A stretch of 64,000 nucleotides of DNA, taken from Rickettsiales bacterium (GTDB lineage: Bacteria > Pseudomonadota > Alphaproteobacteria > Rickettsiales > UBA998). How positions within the stretch are numbered: the first letter of the stretch is position 1; the number at the start of each line of letters is the position of its first letter. This document shows, one piece after another, positions 28,933 through 41,087 of this stretch. The notes beneath the pieces were generated by a model, which saw only the letters and a program-made list of their open reading frames with translations, was not told the origin of the DNA and ran no database searches. The position numbers and the translations under genes are program-made. Where the stretch lies: positions 12,064 through 76,063 of the forward strand of contig JBGTBD010000019.1 in assembly GCA_041749475.1 (NCBI GenBank), written 5' to 3'.

Positions 28933-30087
28933 CTATGATGCCCAGCCTTTTTCGCGTACCAACTCGGCAAGCGCAAGAATATCCTTGTCCTCATGTAAGG
29001 CAGAGAAGGCAAAACGCAAGCGCGAAGTGCCCTCAGGCACGGTGGGAGGGCGGATAGCGGCGACAAGGTATCCGCGCTGTTCCAGTACCAAAGACGCCCG
29101 CATAGTAGCTTCCGCCTCGCCGAGGATCAGCGGCACGATGGGGGATTGTGGCTTCGGCAACCCCAGAGTATCGGTGAAGAGCGTCGCCTTGCGTAAAGGC
29201 AGCGCGCAGAGTTCCTTGTCGTTCATCATCACGTCAAGCGCTGCGATGCCGATAGCAATCACGACGGGCGGCAACGCCGTGGAATAAATCAACGTTCGCG
29301 CTGTATTTTGTAGATATTCGATAACGCTATGTGCCGCACAGACATACCCGCCATACCCCCCTGCAGCCTTGGAGAGTGTCCCCATCTGCAGATCGATTTT
29401 CGTGGTATCGGAAAAGAGCGCGCGGCTACCCTGCCCATCCGCTAACACGCCCAGCCCATGCGCATCATCCGTCATTACCCAGCCGTCATACTGCTTTGCG
29501 AGTTCGGATATTGTGTCGAGCGGCGCAATGTCGCCGTCCATACTGAACACCCCGTCGGTGACGATCAGGCAATGGCGGTGGCGGTTACGATGGCGGTGCA
29601 GCAACCGCTCCAGGTCTTTCATGTCATTATGCTTAAACCGCATCCATTTGGCGCCTGAGAAACGGATGCCGTCAATGAGGCTGGCATGTACCAGCTCGTC
29701 CATCAGGATCAGGTCTTCACTCTGCATCAATGCGGGGATGACGCCCATATTGGCGAGATACCCGCTACCGAACACCAGCGCCCCGTCCGTATGTTTCAGT
29801 GCGGCGAGTTTTTCTTCCAGATCGCGATATAATACGAAGTTACCGGTCACCAGACGCGATGCGCCGCTGCCCGTGCCATATTCCTCCAGCGCCTTCTGCG
29901 CCGCCGCGCGGATGGCTGGATGGTGGGTCAGTCCCAGATAATTGTTACAACTGAACGAGATAAGGGATTTCCCGCCTTTGCTGAGGTGGATGCCATCTTC
30001 CCGCCGCACCGGCTTCAGCGTCCGCCGAAGGTGCATTTGCTCAATTTTATCAAGTGCTTGTTGTGCGATGACAGCTAATTCTGGCAT
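28933..30087 (-). CDS. bioF: 8-amino-7-oxononanoate synthase
   Basis: PLP-dependent acyltransferase with the lysine motif GTLSKAAG and SMDGDIAPL. Confidence 0.9.
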   Translation of the reverse strand: MPELAVIAQQALDKIEQMHLRRTLKPVRREDGIHLSKGGKSLISFSCNNYLGLTHHPAIRAAAQKALEEYGTGSGASRLVTGNFVLYRDLEEKLAALKHTDGALVFGSGYLANMGVIPALMQSEDLILMDELVHASLIDGIRFSGAKWMRFKHNDMKDLERLLHRHRNRHRHCLIVTDGVFSMDGDIAPLDTISELAKQYDGWVMTDDAHGLGVLADGQGSRALFSDTTKIDLQMGTLSKAAGGYGGYVCAAHSVIEYLQNTARTLIYSTALPPVVIAIGIAALDVMMNDKELCALPLRKATLFTDTLGLPKPQSPIVPLILGEAEATMRASLVLEQRGYLVAAIRPPTVPEGTSRLRFAFSALHEDKDILALAELVREKGWAS

Positions 30088-30124
30088 TACCCGCCCCTCT
30101 CATGATATAAGCCGGGAACCGACC

Positions 30125-30145
30125 ATATTATCGACGTTATAATAT
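30125..30145. promoter_or_regulatory. Inverted repeat ATATTAT-N7-ATAATAT in the divergent bioF/bioB promoter region (candidate biotin-repressor operator)
   Basis: atattat at 30125..30131 and ataatat at 30139..30145 are exact reverse complements. This is the only AT-rich dyad in the 77-bp bioF-bioB gap. Confidence 0.25.
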
Positions 30146-30164
30146 AGCACCGAAAGGGTACGAT

Positions 30165-31169
30165 TTGTCTAGCAAACAGTTTGATGGTTCCGCCGCTACG
30201 CTGCGTCACGACTGGACCAGCGCGGAAGTAAATGCCCTGTTCGACCTTCCCTTCCACGACCTGTTATTGCAGGCGCATCTTACCCATCGTCAATGCTTCG
30301 ATCCGGGCGAGATGCAGGTCTCGACCTTGCTGTCGATCAAGACGGGTGGCTGCGCCGAGGATTGCAAATATTGCCCGCAGAGCGCGCAATTCACCACCGA
30401 CATCAAGGCCGGAAAGCTGATGGCGACGGACGCCGTCATCGCATCTGCCAAAGCCGCCCGCGCCTCCGGCGCCAGCCGTTTCTGCATGGGCGCCGCATGG
30501 CGCAACCCCAAGGAACGCGACATGCCGCAACTGCTGGAAATGGTGCGCGCCGTGAAAGATGAGGGGCTGGAAACCTGCATGACGCTGGGCATGTTGACGC
30601 CGGAACAAGCCGATGCGCTGAAAGAAGCAGGTCTCGATTATTATAATCACAACCTTGATACATCCGAGAATTTCTATAAGGAAATCATCACCACCCGCAC
30701 CTATGCCGACCGTTTGGAGACACTGGATCACGTTCGCGCTTCGGGGATGAAAGTCTGCTGTGGCGGTATCATGGGAATGGGGGAAGCGCGTGAAGATCGC
30801 GCCGAATTGCTGCGCACCCTCGCCACCCTTTCCACCCACCCGGAAAGCGTCCCCGTCAACCGCCTCGTTACCGTCACCGGTACGCCGCTGGAAAATGCGA
30901 AACAGCTCGATGATATCGAGTTCGTCCGCACGATCGCTATCGCCCGTATCCTGATGCCGCGCTCCTATGTCCGCCTTTCCGCAGGCCGCGAGAATATGTC
31001 CGACAGCTTGCAGACGCTCTGCTATTTCGCCGGGGCGAATTCCATTTTCTACGGCGAGAAACTTCTGACCACTCCGAACCCGGATACGGACGAGGATAAG
31101 GATTTACTGGCACGCCTCGGCATGGTGATGCAGACGACGAACCCTGCAGCTGAATCCACCCCCGCCTGA
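30165..31169 (+). CDS. bioB: Biotin synthase
   Basis: Radical-SAM motif [11 protein letters not shown] and a YNHNLDTS motif. The start codon is TTG. Confidence 0.95.
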   Translation: MSSKQFDGSAATLRHDWTSAEVNALFDLPFHDLLLQAHLTHRQCFDPGEMQVSTLLSIKTGGCAEDCKYCPQSAQFTTDIKAGKLMATDAVIASAKAARASGASRFCMGAAWRNPKERDMPQLLEMVRAVKDEGLETCMTLGMLTPEQADALKEAGLDYYNHNLDTSENFYKEIITTRTYADRLETLDHVRASGMKVCCGGIMGMGEAREDRAELLRTLATLSTHPESVPVNRLVTVTGTPLENAKQLDDIEFVRTIAIARILMPRSYVRLSAGRENMSDSLQTLCYFAGANSIFYGEKLLTTPNPDTDEDKDLLARLGMVMQTTNPAAESTPA

Positions 31170-31172
31170 GGC

Positions 31173-32522
31173 ATGATGAGTTCCCACTCCGCCACCCCCG
31201 ACTGGTTCGACGCAGGCTGGCCCCATATCTGGCATCCCTATTGCCAGATGAAAACGGCGGCGCTTCCCTTGCCCGTCACCAAAACGGAAGGCTCGACCAT
31301 CACCCTCGCCGATGGCCGCACATTGATCGACGGCATCGCTTCATGGTGGAGCGCCGCACACGGCTATAACCACCCCTACTTATTGGAAGCCGCGCGCACA
31401 CAACTGGAAAAATTCCCGCATGTCATGTTTGGCGGCCTTGCCCATGAAGAAGCCTATAGACTCGCCGCTCGCCTCAGCACACTTGCCCCCGGACGCGGCA
31501 ACAAAGAGACCGGACTGACGCGCGTCTTCTTCTCCGATTCCGGTTCCACCGCTGTGGAAGTTGCGTTGAAGATGGCCCTGCAATATTGGGCGAATCTGGG
31601 CAAACCGAAGAAGAACAGATTCATCTGCCTGCAGGACGGATATCACGGCGACACCTTCGGCGCGATGGGTGTGAGCGACCCCGAGCGCGGTTTGCACAAA
31701 GCCTATCGTAGCAACATTATCATGCACTACGCGCTGGAAATTCCCAGCGGCGAATACAGCTTCGCCGAGTTCGCCGAAACCATTGAAGCCATCGCGCCCA
31801 ATTGCGCGGGCCTCATCATCGAACCACTCATCCAGGGCGCAGGGGGGATGCGTTTCCACACCCCCGATATCCTCGCCGCCATCCGCCACCTCTGCACCAA
31901 ACACGATATCCTTTTCATCGCCGATGAAATCATGACCGGCTTCGGCCGTACCGGGTCGATGTTTGCCTGCGAAGAAGCAGGCACCATCCCGGACATCATG
32001 TGCGTTGGCAAGGCATTGACCGGGGGCGTGATGACCCTCGCCGCGACACTCGCCACCGAGAAAGTGTTTGAGGCATTCTACGATGATGACCCATCCAAAG
32101 CCCTGATGCATGGCCCTACATACATGGCGAGCCCTCTGGCCTGCGCCATCGCCAACGCCTCGCTCGACCTCTTCGCGAAAGAACCGCGCCTTGATCAGGC
32201 CGCGGCCATCGAAGTCCGCCTACACAAAGACCTCTCACCGCTGAAGGAACTTGCAGGTGTCATCGATGTCCGCGTCAAAGGCGCTGTCGGCGTCGTACAG
32301 CTCGCCGCGGAGTATATGGACGTTCACACCCTCCGCAGCGCGTTCGTGGAAGAGGGTGTCTGGATACGCCCCATTCTCGATGTCATCTATATCCTCCCAC
32401 CCCTCGTCATTACCAACGATGAACTGGGAAGACTGACCGGCGCGGTGACACGCATCGTCGAGCAGTGGGCGAAGGACGTCCGCAGCAAAGTCGGCCACCT
32501 TTTCGATGGTTATTCGGCCTAG
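31173..32522 (+). CDS. bioA: Adenosylmethionine-8-amino-7-oxononanoate aminotransferase
   Basis: Class III aminotransferase motifs (SWWSAAHGY, FFSDSGSTAVE, ADEIMTGFGRTG, KALTGG). Confidence 0.9.
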   Translation: MMSSHSATPDWFDAGWPHIWHPYCQMKTAALPLPVTKTEGSTITLADGRTLIDGIASWWSAAHGYNHPYLLEAARTQLEKFPHVMFGGLAHEEAYRLAARLSTLAPGRGNKETGLTRVFFSDSGSTAVEVALKMALQYWANLGKPKKNRFICLQDGYHGDTFGAMGVSDPERGLHKAYRSNIIMHYALEIPSGEYSFAEFAETIEAIAPNCAGLIIEPLIQGAGGMRFHTPDILAAIRHLCTKHDILFIADEIMTGFGRTGSMFACEEAGTIPDIMCVGKALTGGVMTLAATLATEKVFEAFYDDDPSKALMHGPTYMASPLACAIANASLDLFAKEPRLDQAAAIEVRLHKDLSPLKELAGVIDVRVKGAVGVVQLAAEYMDVHTLRSAFVEEGVWIRPILDVIYILPPLVITNDELGRLTGAVTRIVEQWAKDVRSKVGHLFDGYSA

Positions 32523-32534
32523 AAGGAGAACAGT

Positions 32535-34388
32535 ATGATAGAATCGCTGATACTTTGGGCCGGGCCACAACTTCATATGTGGGTGACGTTCGGCTTCATC
32601 GGGCTGGCGGTGATTCTTTATGCCTCTGACCGCCTCCCCATCGAGGTGACCTCGCTCATCCTCCTATCCTCAATGATGATGTTCTTCCAGATCGTCCCCT
32701 ACACTAAAGCGGACGGCACAGTTTTCACCGCCAAAGACTTGATCGCCGGATTCGGCAACGATTCGCTGCTCGCCGTCCTCGCCTTGCTGGTGATGGGTCA
32801 GGCGGTGACCCGAACGGATTCGCTGCATATGATCCCGAAAATCATCATCCGCGTCTTTCGCGGCAACCGCTTTTTCTCCCTCGCCGCGGTAGTGTTCTGC
32901 GTCATCGCGACGAGCGCATTCGTCAACGACACGCCTACCTGCATTATTTATATGCCTGTGTTCCTTGCCCTTGCCACACAGTTGAAGCTCTCCCCCTCCC
33001 GTGTCATGATACCGCTTTCTTATTCCTGCATTCTGGGCGGGACCTTGACGCTCATCGGTTCCTCCACCAACCTGCTGGTCTCCGGGTCGCTGCAATCACT
33101 AAGCGGTAAGCCGCTCGGCATGTTTGATTTTACCCTGCCGGGTCTCTTTATTGCGGCGGTGGGGTTTTTCTATATCGCCTTCATCCTTCCCCGTTTGCTG
33201 CCTGACCGTCAGTCCCCCGATACGCATTTGATGGGGGATAAAAAACGCCAGTTCGTCATCCAGTTGGAAATCGACGCAGGCTCGAACCTCATCGGCAAAT
33301 CCATCGCGGCGGAGAACCTGTTGGGTGATGATATTTCACTGCGCATGTTACAACGCAACGAACACGCCTATCTCGCCCCGTTTGACGAGCCCATCCGCAT
33401 CCGCCCGTTCGACGTGCTGGTGCTGACCGCCACCAAGGAAGCCTTGATTCGCTTAATAGCCGAGGAGGGGAAGCAGCATTATGGCCGCATCTCCACGCTT
33501 GATTCCCCCGGCATCCAGTTGCAGGACAAGGCCGAAAAACTGATGCTGACCGAAGTCCTCATCACGCCTGCGTCCAAACTCATCGGCCAGAATATCGAGC
33601 AGATCGGGTTCTATCATGAGTTCCATTGCACCGTTGTTGGCATCCAACGCAAATCGCGCATGATCAGCTCGCGCATGACCGAGATTCGCCTTGCTGCGGG
33701 GGACATCCTGATGGTGATGGGCACGCGCGAGCAATTGGACGTGCTGCGCCAGTCCAAGGATTTCATCCTGATGGAATGGTCGGTATACGAACTGCCATCC
33801 CAACGCAACGCCTTGAAGGTTAATCTCATATTCGGCGGGATGGTGGCCGTCGCCGCCTTCGGCATCCTGCCCGTCTATATTGCGTCGTTCGTCGCCGTGC
33901 TGTTGGTGTTGATGACCGGATGCCTGACCACGCGGCAGGCCATCCGTGCCGTGGACGCGCAGATCATCATGCTGGTCGCCGCGGGCTTCGGGCTGGCGCT
34001 CGCGCTGGAGCTGACCGGAGGCGCGATCTACCTTGCCGCCTTGATCGTCGATGTGGTGCAGGGCGCGAACCCTGTATGGGTGATGTCGGCGATGTTCGGC
34101 GTGATGGCTTTCTGCACCAATGTTCTCAGCAATAACGCCACTGCTCTGCTCTTCACCCCCATCGCCTACCGGACGGCGCAGGAGTTGGGCGTAGAACCGG
34201 CGATGTTTGTCCACGCGGTGATCTTTGCGTCCAACTGCTGCTCGTTTGCGACGCCTATCGGCTTCCAGACCAACCTGTTAGTGATGGGCCCCGGCCATTA
34301 TAAATTCACTGATTATTTCCGCGCCGGCATTCCGCTGATGGTAATGGTATGGGCAACCTACACGGCATTCTGTTTTATGTATTATTAG
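32535..34388 (+). CDS. SLC13/DASS-family anion transporter with central TrkA-C (RCK_C) domains
   Basis: 617 aa. Two polytopic halves flank a soluble segment of about 200 aa with two RCK_C-like repeats (...GKSIAAENL..., ...GQNIEQIGF...). Confidence 0.75.
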   Translation: MIESLILWAGPQLHMWVTFGFIGLAVILYASDRLPIEVTSLILLSSMMMFFQIVPYTKADGTVFTAKDLIAGFGNDSLLAVLALLVMGQAVTRTDSLHMIPKIIIRVFRGNRFFSLAAVVFCVIATSAFVNDTPTCIIYMPVFLALATQLKLSPSRVMIPLSYSCILGGTLTLIGSSTNLLVSGSLQSLSGKPLGMFDFTLPGLFIAAVGFFYIAFILPRLLPDRQSPDTHLMGDKKRQFVIQLEIDAGSNLIGKSIAAENLLGDDISLRMLQRNEHAYLAPFDEPIRIRPFDVLVLTATKEALIRLIAEEGKQHYGRISTLDSPGIQLQDKAEKLMLTEVLITPASKLIGQNIEQIGFYHEFHCTVVGIQRKSRMISSRMTEIRLAAGDILMVMGTREQLDVLRQSKDFILMEWSVYELPSQRNALKVNLIFGGMVAVAAFGILPVYIASFVAVLLVLMTGCLTTRQAIRAVDAQIIMLVAAGFGLALALELTGGAIYLAALIVDVVQGANPVWVMSAMFGVMAFCTNVLSNNATALLFTPIAYRTAQELGVEPAMFVHAVIFASNCCSFATPIGFQTNLLVMGPGHYKFTDYFRAGIPLMVMVWATYTAFCFMYY

Positions 34389-34391
34389 AGA

Positions 34392-35891
34392 CTATTTGGC
34401 GGGGTTTTCTGTTTCAGGGACAGCGTCGTCATCCACCACATTATCATCTTTCAGAGTGTCAGCGGGTGCAGATGTTTCTGTAACATCCCACCCGCCACCC
34501 AGCGCCTGCATCATATCGACCGCAGCGGCCAGACGCGCCCGGGCGGCGTCCGCTTCATCCAGTTGAGCGCTGAACAAGCTGCGCTGCGCATCCAGCACTT
34601 CCAGATAATCCGAATACCCCGCGTCATAACGCAGATTGGCGAGCCTCAGGCTTTCCCGCAGCGCCGCGACGCGCTCCTGCAGGGCGAGAAGGTAATCCTC
34701 TGAATTGTCCTGCGCCGACATCGCGTTCATCACATCCTGAAACGCCACCCGTACGGCTTGCGCATACGTGATATTCGCCTGTTCGTTGCGTGAATCTGCC
34801 GCTTCCACATTCGCGGTAGTACGCCCGAAATCGATCAGCGGCCCCGCCAGCCCACCTCCCGCCTGCCAGTACCGGGCGGAGGAGGAAAGAAGATCATCCG
34901 CCTCGCGGCTGGATAATCCGAGCAATGCGGAAAGCGAAATCGTCGGGAAATAATCCGCACGGGCGACACCTATATCGGTATTACTGGCGATGAGGGCCTG
35001 CTCTGCCGCGCGTATGTCTGGACGACGCTCCAGCAGCGAGGAAGGAAGCTCTTGCGGCAAAATGGGCGGAACGGTAATGTCAGTGAGCGACTTCCCCCGC
35101 TCCGGTGCGGATTCCACCAGCGCTTTGGGTGAGCGGCCCAGCAATACCGAGAGCGCATTGGCCTGTTGGTCACGTGCTTGTTTCAACTGTGCGATGGACG
35201 CCTTCGCCGTGGCAAGTTCTGATTCCGCCTGACGTAAATCCAACTCGGAAATTGCCCCGGCCTTGAACTGCTTGCCGCGATATGCGTAGGAGTCATCCCG
35301 CGATGTCAGCGTCTCCTCCGCGATCTGCAATTGTGCGTCGAGCGACCGCAGCGCGAAATAGCCACGCGCCGTATCGCTGAGCACGGCGAGCCGTATCGCA
35401 TCGCGATTCGCCTCCACCGAAAGCAATTGCGCCCGCGCTGATGCGCTCGCATTAGCAAGCCTGCACCATAAATCGATCTCATAGGACAGCACCCCTGCGA
35501 TACTGAATGTATTATACGGTTTTGCACCCGTGGATGCGACAAGTCCTGTCAACGCTTCCTCGCTATTTCCTGTGCGAACGGCGGAACCTTGTACTTCCAG
35601 CAACGGCAACTGGTTCGCACGCTGGAAAGAGAGTATCGCCCGCGCCTCGCTGACACGCGCGGCAGCGGTGAGTATATCCGCATTATTCTTCCTCGCCTCG
35701 GTGATGAGGTCATTCAGTACCGGGTCTTGGAACTGTTCCCACCACGCGATATCCACCTTGGAAAGCGCTGCCGTATCCGTCGGCCCCTGTTCCCACGGCC
35801 ATGTGCCGGGCAGGTCGAACGCAGGTTTTTCATACTCCAACCCCACCGAGCAGGCGGTGCATAAAAGCAGCGGAAGAAGCCATTTACGCAT
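34392..35891 (-). CDS. RND efflux outer-membrane factor lipoprotein (NodT/OprM family)
   Basis: Lipobox LLLCTAC, a duplicated OEP/TolC-like repeat, and an 8-nt overlap with the RND permease gene. Confidence 0.85.
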   Translation of the reverse strand: MRKWLLPLLLCTACSVGLEYEKPAFDLPGTWPWEQGPTDTAALSKVDIAWWEQFQDPVLNDLITEARKNNADILTAAARVSEARAILSFQRANQLPLLEVQGSAVRTGNSEEALTGLVASTGAKPYNTFSIAGVLSYEIDLWCRLANASASARAQLLSVEANRDAIRLAVLSDTARGYFALRSLDAQLQIAEETLTSRDDSYAYRGKQFKAGAISELDLRQAESELATAKASIAQLKQARDQQANALSVLLGRSPKALVESAPERGKSLTDITVPPILPQELPSSLLERRPDIRAAEQALIASNTDIGVARADYFPTISLSALLGLSSREADDLLSSSARYWQAGGGLAGPLIDFGRTTANVEAADSRNEQANITYAQAVRVAFQDVMNAMSAQDNSEDYLLALQERVAALRESLRLANLRYDAGYSDYLEVLDAQRSLFSAQLDEADAARARLAAAVDMMQALGGGWDVTETSAPADTLKDDNVVDDDAVPETENPAK

Positions 35892-38800
35892 GATGCTCTC
35901 CCTGTGGCGGCAAAGGCTGATGCGGCGGTGGCGCAGGGCGGCGCTTCTTCTTGCGGTCGGTCAGGTGCGAGATGATGAGATAGAACATCGGGATGAAGAA
36001 GGTCGCGATGATAGTCGCCGCCAACATCCCGCCGATGACGCCCGTGCCGATGGAGTGCCGCGCCGACGCACCCGCCCCCGTGCTGATAGCCAGCGGCAGG
36101 CAGCCGAGGATGAAGGCGAGCGAGGTCATGACGATAGGACGGAAGCGGAGCTTTGCCGCATCCATCGCCGCTTCATAGGCCGTTGCTCCTTCTTGTCGGC
36201 GGATGACAGCGAATTCGACGATGAGGATGGCATTCTTCGCCGCCAAGCCGATGAGCGTCAATAAGCCCACCTGGAAATATACATCATTGCTCAACCCCCG
36301 CATCCACACCGCCAATGCCGCACCGAACACCGCGAAGGGTACGGTTGCGAGTACGGCGATGGGAAGCGACCAGCGCTCATAAAGCGCAGCGAGGATCAGG
36401 AACACCATGATCAGCCCGAAGATAAATGCATTGGTGCTGGCTCCGCTGGCTGCGCGTTCCTGATAGGCAGCACCCGTCCATTGCAGCGCATAATTCTGGC
36501 CCAGCGCTTCCGCAGCGACCTCTTCCATCGCGGTAAGTGCATCACCCGAACTATAGCCCGGTGCCGGGCTTCCGATTATTTTTGCCGCCGGAAAGATGTT
36601 ATACCGTTCCAGTAAGTCAGGACCAATGATGCGCTCGACCGTGACCAATGAATCGAGCGGGATCATACTGCCGTCATTCGAACGCACGAACACCTGCCGC
36701 AAATCCTCTGGCTTCTCACGGAACTCCGCTTCAGCTTGCAGGGAGACACGGAACGTCCGGCCATAGATATTGAAATCATTGACGTAGAAACTGCCGAACG
36801 TCGCTTGCATTGCGGCAAAGACGGAATTGACCGGAACGCCCAGCGCTTTCGCTTTCTCGCGATCCAGCTCTACGAAATATTGCGGCACGTTGGCGGTGAA
36901 AGTAGTATTAAGCCCTGTGAGCTCAGGCCGTTTGCCTGCAGCCGCAATCAGCTTGGTTGTCGCCTCGGCGAGGCTTTTCACGTCGCCACCGCTACGATCC
37001 TGCAAATACGCCTCCCACCCTCCGGTGATACTGATGCCGGTAATAGGCGGCGGGTTGATGGCGATGACAAAGGATTCTTTCAGATCGGATGCCAGCCCCA
37101 TGAACCGCCCGATGAGGCTCCATGCGCTGGACTCATTCGCCGTGCGCTCACCCCAATCCTTGAAGGTGACAAAGGAGACGGCGGAGCTGGATTTTTGTGA
37201 ACGGCTCAATATATCGAACCCGGAGAAGGTGGTGATGTTGGCGACTTCATCCTGTGCCTTGATGCGTTTGCTGAGTTCCTCCGTCACCTTCTTGGTGCGG
37301 CTGAGCGACGCTCCCGCAGGCAGGTTAGTGGCGACGAAGGCGTATCCCTGATCTTCCTCAGGTACGAGCGCGCTGGGGATGTTGGTCATCAGCAGCGCCA
37401 GAAGCCCCAGCAGTGCAGCGAACATCAGTAGCCCGATACCCGTACGCTTGAGCAGGAACTTCACGCCACTCGTGTAACGCGTGGTATTGCGCTCGAACCA
37501 GCTGTTGAACTTGCGGAAGAACAGCATCGGCTCCGTGTGATTCTCTTTAATGATGAGTGCGCAGAGCGCAGGCGTCAGCGTCAGGGCAACGATACCGGAG
37601 ATGATGACGGAGACGGCGATGGTGATGGCGAACTGCTTATACATCACCCCCGTCATCCCGCCGAGGAATCCGACGGGCACGAACACGGCGCAGAGGACGA
37701 GCACGATGGCGATGATGGGGCCGCTGACCTCTTCCATCGCTTTTAAGGAAGCCTCTTTCGCGGATTTTTTCTCCTCACGCATGATGCGCTCGACATTCTC
37801 CAGCACCACGATCGCGTCATCGACCACGATCCCGATGGCAAGCACCATGCCGAACAAGGTCAGCAGGTTGATTGAGAATCCCAGCAGATACATCCCCGCA
37901 AAGGTTCCGATAAGTGACACGGGAATAGCGAGTACTGGAATCAGCGTCGCCCGCAGATTCTGCAGGAACAGGAACACGACGATAACGACCAGCACCAGCG
38001 CCTCGATGAAGGTCTTGATGACTTCCTTGATGGAAACCTGCACGAATTTGGTCGTATCGAACGGGATGACGTAATTCATGCCCTGCGGGAACCGTTTGGA
38101 AAGTTCTTCCATCTTTTCGCCAACCGCCTGCGTGACCGACAGCGCGTTTGCACCCGGCTGCAAATAGATCCCGAAGGCGATGGAGGGTTTGCCGTTGGTG
38201 GCGGCAGAGAAGCCGTAATCCTGCGCCCCTAATTCCACGCGCGCGACGTCTTTCAGCCGCAGCGTAGCTCCATCAGCATCGGAGCGGAGGATGATGTTTT
38301 CGAATTCTTTGGCGTCCATGAACCGCCCTTTGGTTGTCACCGTATAGGTGAAAGCCTGCGGGTTATCCATCGGCTCCTGACCGAATTGCCCAGCGGCGAA
38401 CTGGGAATTCTGCTCGCGGATGGCGACCGCGATATCTTCCGGCGTCATCTTATATTGTGCGAGCTTGTCCGGACGAATCCAGATGCGCATCGCGTAATCC
38501 TTGGCCCCGAACAGGCTCGCATCGCCCACGCCCTCGATACGTTTCAATTCGTCGATGACGTTTAGCAGCGCGTAGTTGCTGATATAGATGGTATCGAACT
38601 CGTTATTCTCCGCATACATTGCCACCACCTGCAGGATGGAGCTGGAACGCTTCTTCACCGTCACACCCTGACGGCGCACCTCTTCCGGCAATCGCGCAAG
38701 CGCTGCCTGCACCTGGTTGTTAACGTCGATAGTCGCCTGATCCGGGTCGGTCCCGATATCGAACGTGACGCTGATACTCATCTGTCCGCTGCTGGAATTG

Positions 38801-39048
38801 GTCGAGCGCATATAGATCATGTTGGGCACGCCGTTGATCTGCTGCTCCAGCGGCGCGGCGACGGTGGAGGCCAGCACTTCCGCGCTTGCCCCCGGATAGG
38901 TGGCGGAGACGTTGACTTCCGGTGGGATAATGTCGGGATATTGCGCGATGGGCAACCCACGCATCGCCGCTAACCCGGCCAACACGATGATGATGGAGAT
39001 GACGGATGCGAAGACGGGCCGCTCGATAAAGAAACGCGAGATATTCAC
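35884..39048 (-). CDS. RND multidrug efflux permease (AcrB/MexB family)
   Basis: 1054 aa with an [15 protein letters not shown]-terminus, 12-TM architecture and conserved [13 protein letters not shown]. Confidence 0.95.
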   Translation of the reverse strand: MNISRFFIERPVFASVISIIIVLAGLAAMRGLPIAQYPDIIPPEVNVSATYPGASAEVLASTVAAPLEQQINGVPNMIYMRSTNSSSGQMSISVTFDIGTDPDQATIDVNNQVQAALARLPEEVRRQGVTVKKRSSSILQVVAMYAENNEFDTIYISNYALLNVIDELKRIEGVGDASLFGAKDYAMRIWIRPDKLAQYKMTPEDIAVAIREQNSQFAAGQFGQEPMDNPQAFTYTVTTKGRFMDAKEFENIILRSDADGATLRLKDVARVELGAQDYGFSAATNGKPSIAFGIYLQPGANALSVTQAVGEKMEELSKRFPQGMNYVIPFDTTKFVQVSIKEVIKTFIEALVLVVIVVFLFLQNLRATLIPVLAIPVSLIGTFAGMYLLGFSINLLTLFGMVLAIGIVVDDAIVVLENVERIMREEKKSAKEASLKAMEEVSGPIIAIVLVLCAVFVPVGFLGGMTGVMYKQFAITIAVSVIISGIVALTLTPALCALIIKENHTEPMLFFRKFNSWFERNTTRYTSGVKFLLKRTGIGLLMFAALLGLLALLMTNIPSALVPEEDQGYAFVATNLPAGASLSRTKKVTEELSKRIKAQDEVANITTFSGFDILSRSQKSSSAVSFVTFKDWGERTANESSAWSLIGRFMGLASDLKESFVIAINPPPITGISITGGWEAYLQDRSGGDVKSLAEATTKLIAAAGKRPELTGLNTTFTANVPQYFVELDREKAKALGVPVNSVFAAMQATFGSFYVNDFNIYGRTFRVSLQAEAEFREKPEDLRQVFVRSNDGSMIPLDSLVTVERIIGPDLLERYNIFPAAKIIGSPAPGYSSGDALTAMEEVAAEALGQNYALQWTGAAYQERAASGASTNAFIFGLIMVFLILAALYERWSLPIAVLATVPFAVFGAALAVWMRGLSNDVYFQVGLLTLIGLAAKNAILIVEFAVIRRQEGATAYEAAMDAAKLRFRPIVMTSLAFILGCLPLAISTGAGASARHSIGTGVIGGMLAATIIATFFIPMFYLIISHLTDRKKKRRPAPPPHQPLPPQGEHHA

Positions 39049-39050
39049 CG

Positions 39051-40259
39051 TTAGTCCTTTGTACTGGAAGGTTCCGCCGCCTCTTCCGGCGTTGCGTCTT
39101 CCGCAGGAGTTTTCTCACTCGGTGCAGCCGCATCTGGCTGTTTTTCGGCTTTGATTTTCTGCGCGGCTTCTTCCGCTGTCGTAACCTTCACGGGGGAATC
39201 GGGACGGACGCGGATGACCCCTTCGGTGATGATCTGCTCGCCGCCCTTCAATCCGCTCTCGATGATTTGCCGTTCCCCGACTAGCATCCCGAGAGTCACG
39301 GGGATGACCTTGGCTTTGCCTTCATGGACGCCGTAGACATATGTCCCCTCTGGCCCCTGCATCACCGCCTTTGCGGGGAGAGTGATGACGCCGACGCGGG
39401 TAAATCCTTTAACGACGACGCGTACGAACTGGCCGGGCATCAATTCGCCTTTGGCGTTACCTACAATGGCGCGCGTCCGCACTGTGCCGGTGCTAGTGTC
39501 GATGATACTGTCCGTGAAATCGATCACCCCCTCCTGAGAGTAGGTCTGGCCGCTGCCTATCACGATTTCCGCCCGCAATTTCTTATCCTTGGGCAACGTC
39601 ATTTTGCCGGAGGTCAGCATCTCCCGCTGCTGCATCGCCTCGGAATCCGGCATCGCGAAATTTACATAGAGCGGGTCGAGCTGCGTGAGGTGCGTTAACA
39701 AGCTGGTATCCGCCGTGACCAGGCTGCCTTCGGAGAACACCTCCCTGCTCGTGATGCCGTTTATCGGCGCGGTGACGGTGGTGTAGTCGAGGTTGATGCG
39801 CGCAGTCCGCGCATCGGCCTTCGCCTGCTCATAAGTGGATTTAGACATGTCGTAATCGCGGCCGCTGATGGCGTTCTCGGTATGCAGCGATTGCGCGCGC
39901 TTGAAATCCTGCTCGGCTTCGCGCAGTGAGGCTTCCGCCTTGGCCAGTTCTGCCTCGAACGGGCGAGGATCGATACGGAACAAGAGCTGCCCCTTTTTGA
40001 CCATACTGCCTTCGACGTAAGCGCGCTTCATGATGATGCCGCTGACGCGGGAACGGATTTCCACCTCGCGCGACCCTGCGGTGCGCCCGGCATATTCAAA
40101 GGTGACGGGGATGTCCTGAGAGGCCGCCTGTTCCACCAGCACTTCCGGCGGGGGAGGGGCTTTGGCCTCTTTCTTGTCGTCCTTACAGGCAACCAGAAGG
40201 AATATCACCGCACAGAGCGCCAGTGATCGGCTGACAGGATTACGCGAATTACTCCTCAT
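39051..40259 (-). CDS. RND efflux periplasmic adaptor (AcrA/MexA family)
   Basis: Start placed at ATG 40259. Lipobox LLVAC, and the HlyD-like hairpin/lipoyl/beta-barrel domain order. Confidence 0.85.
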   Translation of the reverse strand: MRSNSRNPVSRSLALCAVIFLLVACKDDKKEAKAPPPPEVLVEQAASQDIPVTFEYAGRTAGSREVEIRSRVSGIIMKRAYVEGSMVKKGQLLFRIDPRPFEAELAKAEASLREAEQDFKRAQSLHTENAISGRDYDMSKSTYEQAKADARTARINLDYTTVTAPINGITSREVFSEGSLVTADTSLLTHLTQLDPLYVNFAMPDSEAMQQREMLTSGKMTLPKDKKLRAEIVIGSGQTYSQEGVIDFTDSIIDTSTGTVRTRAIVGNAKGELMPGQFVRVVVKGFTRVGVITLPAKAVMQGPEGTYVYGVHEGKAKVIPVTLGMLVGERQIIESGLKGGEQIITEGVIRVRPDSPVKVTTAEEAAQKIKAEKQPDAAAPSEKTPAEDATPEEAAEPSSTKD

Positions 40260-40292
40260 ACGACACTTCCTCCCAAAACATCTCGACAATAT

Positions 40293-40310
40293 ACATACAT
40301 GCATGTATGT
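40293..40310. promoter_or_regulatory. Perfect 18-bp palindrome ACATACATGCATGTATGT, candidate TetR operator
   Basis: It lies in the 117-bp divergent region between the adaptor gene (start 40259) and the tetR gene (start 40377). It is the only extended dyad there. Confidence 0.45.
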
Positions 40311-40376
40311 TTGTAAACATAAATATCATCTTCACGTAGAGATGAGCACATAAATTTTCGACATGAAAGAGACGAG

Positions 40377-40985
40377 ATGAGCCGTCGGACGAAGGAAGAA
40401 TCACAGCACACGCGCGAGATGCTGCTCGATGCGGCGGAAAGCCTGTTCTTCGCCAAAGGCGTGACCTGCACCACCCTCGAGGAAATCGCCCGCGAAGCGG
40501 GTGTGACGCGCGGCGCGTTCTACTGGCATTTCAAGAATAAATGCGAACTCTTCAACGCTATACACGACCGTGTGAAACTGCCGATGGACGCACTGTTCGA
40601 TCAGTATATCGCCACCAAAGGCCCGTTGGAGGGCTTGCAGGAAATATGCCTTTACGCCTTGAAACATCTTATCTCGAACGAACGACAACAGCGGGTCTTC
40701 ACCATCACCTTGTTCAAATGCGAACAGGTGGAGACATTGCGTAATGAGGAAGGCTGGCATCAGAAGAAATTCAAGGAGACCATCAGCCGCTGCGAAAAAG
40801 CATTCGCCGCCGCCCAGAAGGAAAAACGATTGGCCGCAGGCATCACCCCGCATCAGGCCGCACTGGCGCTTCACGCGTATATGAACGGCATTTTCGCCGA
40901 TTATCTGCGTAACCGTTCATCCTACGACCTCAAGAAACACGCTCCGGCGCTGGTTGCCGTGTTTTTCCGCGGCATCCAGTCTTAA
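40377..40985 (+). CDS. TetR/AcrR-family transcriptional repressor
   Basis: N-terminal HTH TTLEEIAREAGVTRGAFYWHFKNK. It is divergent from the RND operon. Confidence 0.9.
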   Translation: MSRRTKEESQHTREMLLDAAESLFFAKGVTCTTLEEIAREAGVTRGAFYWHFKNKCELFNAIHDRVKLPMDALFDQYIATKGPLEGLQEICLYALKHLISNERQQRVFTITLFKCEQVETLRNEEGWHQKKFKETISRCEKAFAAAQKEKRLAAGITPHQAALALHAYMNGIFADYLRNRSSYDLKKHAPALVAVFFRGIQS

Positions 40986-41087
40986 TGCGCCTTTATCCTC
41001 TCTTGAGGTATTGCCCTGCGCCCGCTATCGAATCATGACCCTCTCTCCGGCATGATGCTCTCATAACCCCGCCTGATGGAGAGATAT

